A stretch of 63,795 nucleotides of DNA, the filler included, from Octopus bimaculoides (Eukaryota), in assembly GCF_001194135.2 (NCBI RefSeq). It is 4 parts of 4 records of this genome, joined end to end, with 100 filler letters (N's around TTAATTAATTAA, not from the genome) between each part and the next. Parts side by side here need not be neighbours in the genome. Positions count along the whole stretch, not along the records: positions 62,315 to 63,795 come from NC_068997.1; 3 more parts are not named here. One strand, given 5' to 3'. Under the pieces are notes generated by a model. That model did not search any database and was not told the origin of the DNA. It saw nothing but the letters and a program-made list of their open reading frames with translations. Each line of letters opens with the position of its first letter. Positions within the stretch are counted from its first letter, which is position 1. The position numbers and the translations under genes were made by a program. Shown here piece after piece: positions 62,971-63,795 of the stretch.

Positions 62971-63761
62971 ATAGAAAACCACGAATGTTCCGTCCTGGTT
63001 TTCCTGTCCGTCTTTGTACCGTCCTTCTGTCCGTATGTTTGCATTGTCGTCCGTTACGTCCTTGTTCCGTTTTTTGGTTTTATATACACTTATAGCGGCG
63101 TACGTGCACCTTTTGCTCAGCTTGTAAGTATACATCTTATTCTGTACGACTTTCTTCTTTCTTTCTCCTTTTCTTTTTTTCGTTCCCCTTCTCACTTTCT
63201 TGGCATTCTTTCTTTAACCCTCTACTTTCCTGTTATCTCCCTTGTACCTTCCCCTCTGCCCCTCTTTCTCTGCCCCTCTCTCTCCCTCCTCTTCTCTCTC
63301 TAGTTCCTTCCCTAATTCTTCAATCCCTCTGCTCCCTACTTCTCACTGTTCCTCCCACGTGTCGCTCGCACGACACCTTAGTTTCCTGTCTCCTGACTTT
63401 CTATGTTTGTTGCCGCAAGGCTTCCATTTCCCATGCCAGCTTAATTTAACTTGCCCTTTTAGTAGAAAAATACTTGTTGTTTGTATTTGTAATCGTGTAA
63501 CATTTTCTCCGTTTTCTCGTTTTTTTTTTTCGTTTTTTTTTAGTCCGTGTTGTCGCACATATTCTTTCTTCCAAAAATTGAATGCTCTTAGCTTAGATTT
63601 TTGGGACCTACCAATTGTAACAGGCCAAAATTGTAATATGATTGGAAGCTTGACTGAAGGATAGAAAGCCAGGAATTTCCATCCTGGTTTTCCTGTCCGT
63701 CTTTGTATCGTCTTTCTGTCCGTATGATTGCATTGTAGTCCGTTACGTTTTTGTTCCGTTT
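62971..63761 (+). repeat. ~100-bp direct repeat (62971-63072 and 63661-63761), period 690 bp
   Basis: ATAGAAA(A/G)CCA...TCCTGGTTTTCCTGTCCGTCTTTGTA...GTCCGTTACGT...TTGTTCCGTTT in both copies. Confidence 0.85.

Positions 63762-63795
<34 letters not shown>

Overview
Eukaryotic, AT-rich, repeat-dense animal DNA. The tRNA-derived SINE families, microsatellite load and mariner/Penelope/R4 relics point to an octopus genome; this is an inference, and the TTAATTAATTAA gap linkers suggest a short-read scaffold assembly. Only one protein-coding gene is supportable, on the + strand. It is spliced from 5322-5985, 11206-11619, a candidate cassette at 15638-15682, and 18329-18375, with all introns phase 1 (374 aa, or 389 aa with the cassette). 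It encodes a divergent Myc/Max/Mad-network bHLH-leucine-zipper protein with an acidic N-terminus and an AT-hook, and no recognisable Myc boxes I/II. Its intron 2 holds a dense E2F/NF-Y/YY1/GC-box promoter-like cluster (~13.1-13.26 kb), followed by a strongly CpG-depleted domain running to the gene's 3' end, which suggests a nested transcription unit. The rest of the window is non-coding. It contains three GG...CC-ended TIR elements with 8-9 bp TSDs (one a palindrome carrying telomeric repeats), a pogo-like MITE, two deleted mariners, a HINE-like element, an R4/Dong-like LINE relic and a 35/38-bp minisatellite. Penelope relics come with hammerhead-ribozyme motifs: one well formed at 62.8 kb, a tandem pair at 54.3/54.8 kb, and a decayed one at 30.8 kb. 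There are also many SINEs, microsatellites and assembly gaps. All comparisons and translations were done by eye.
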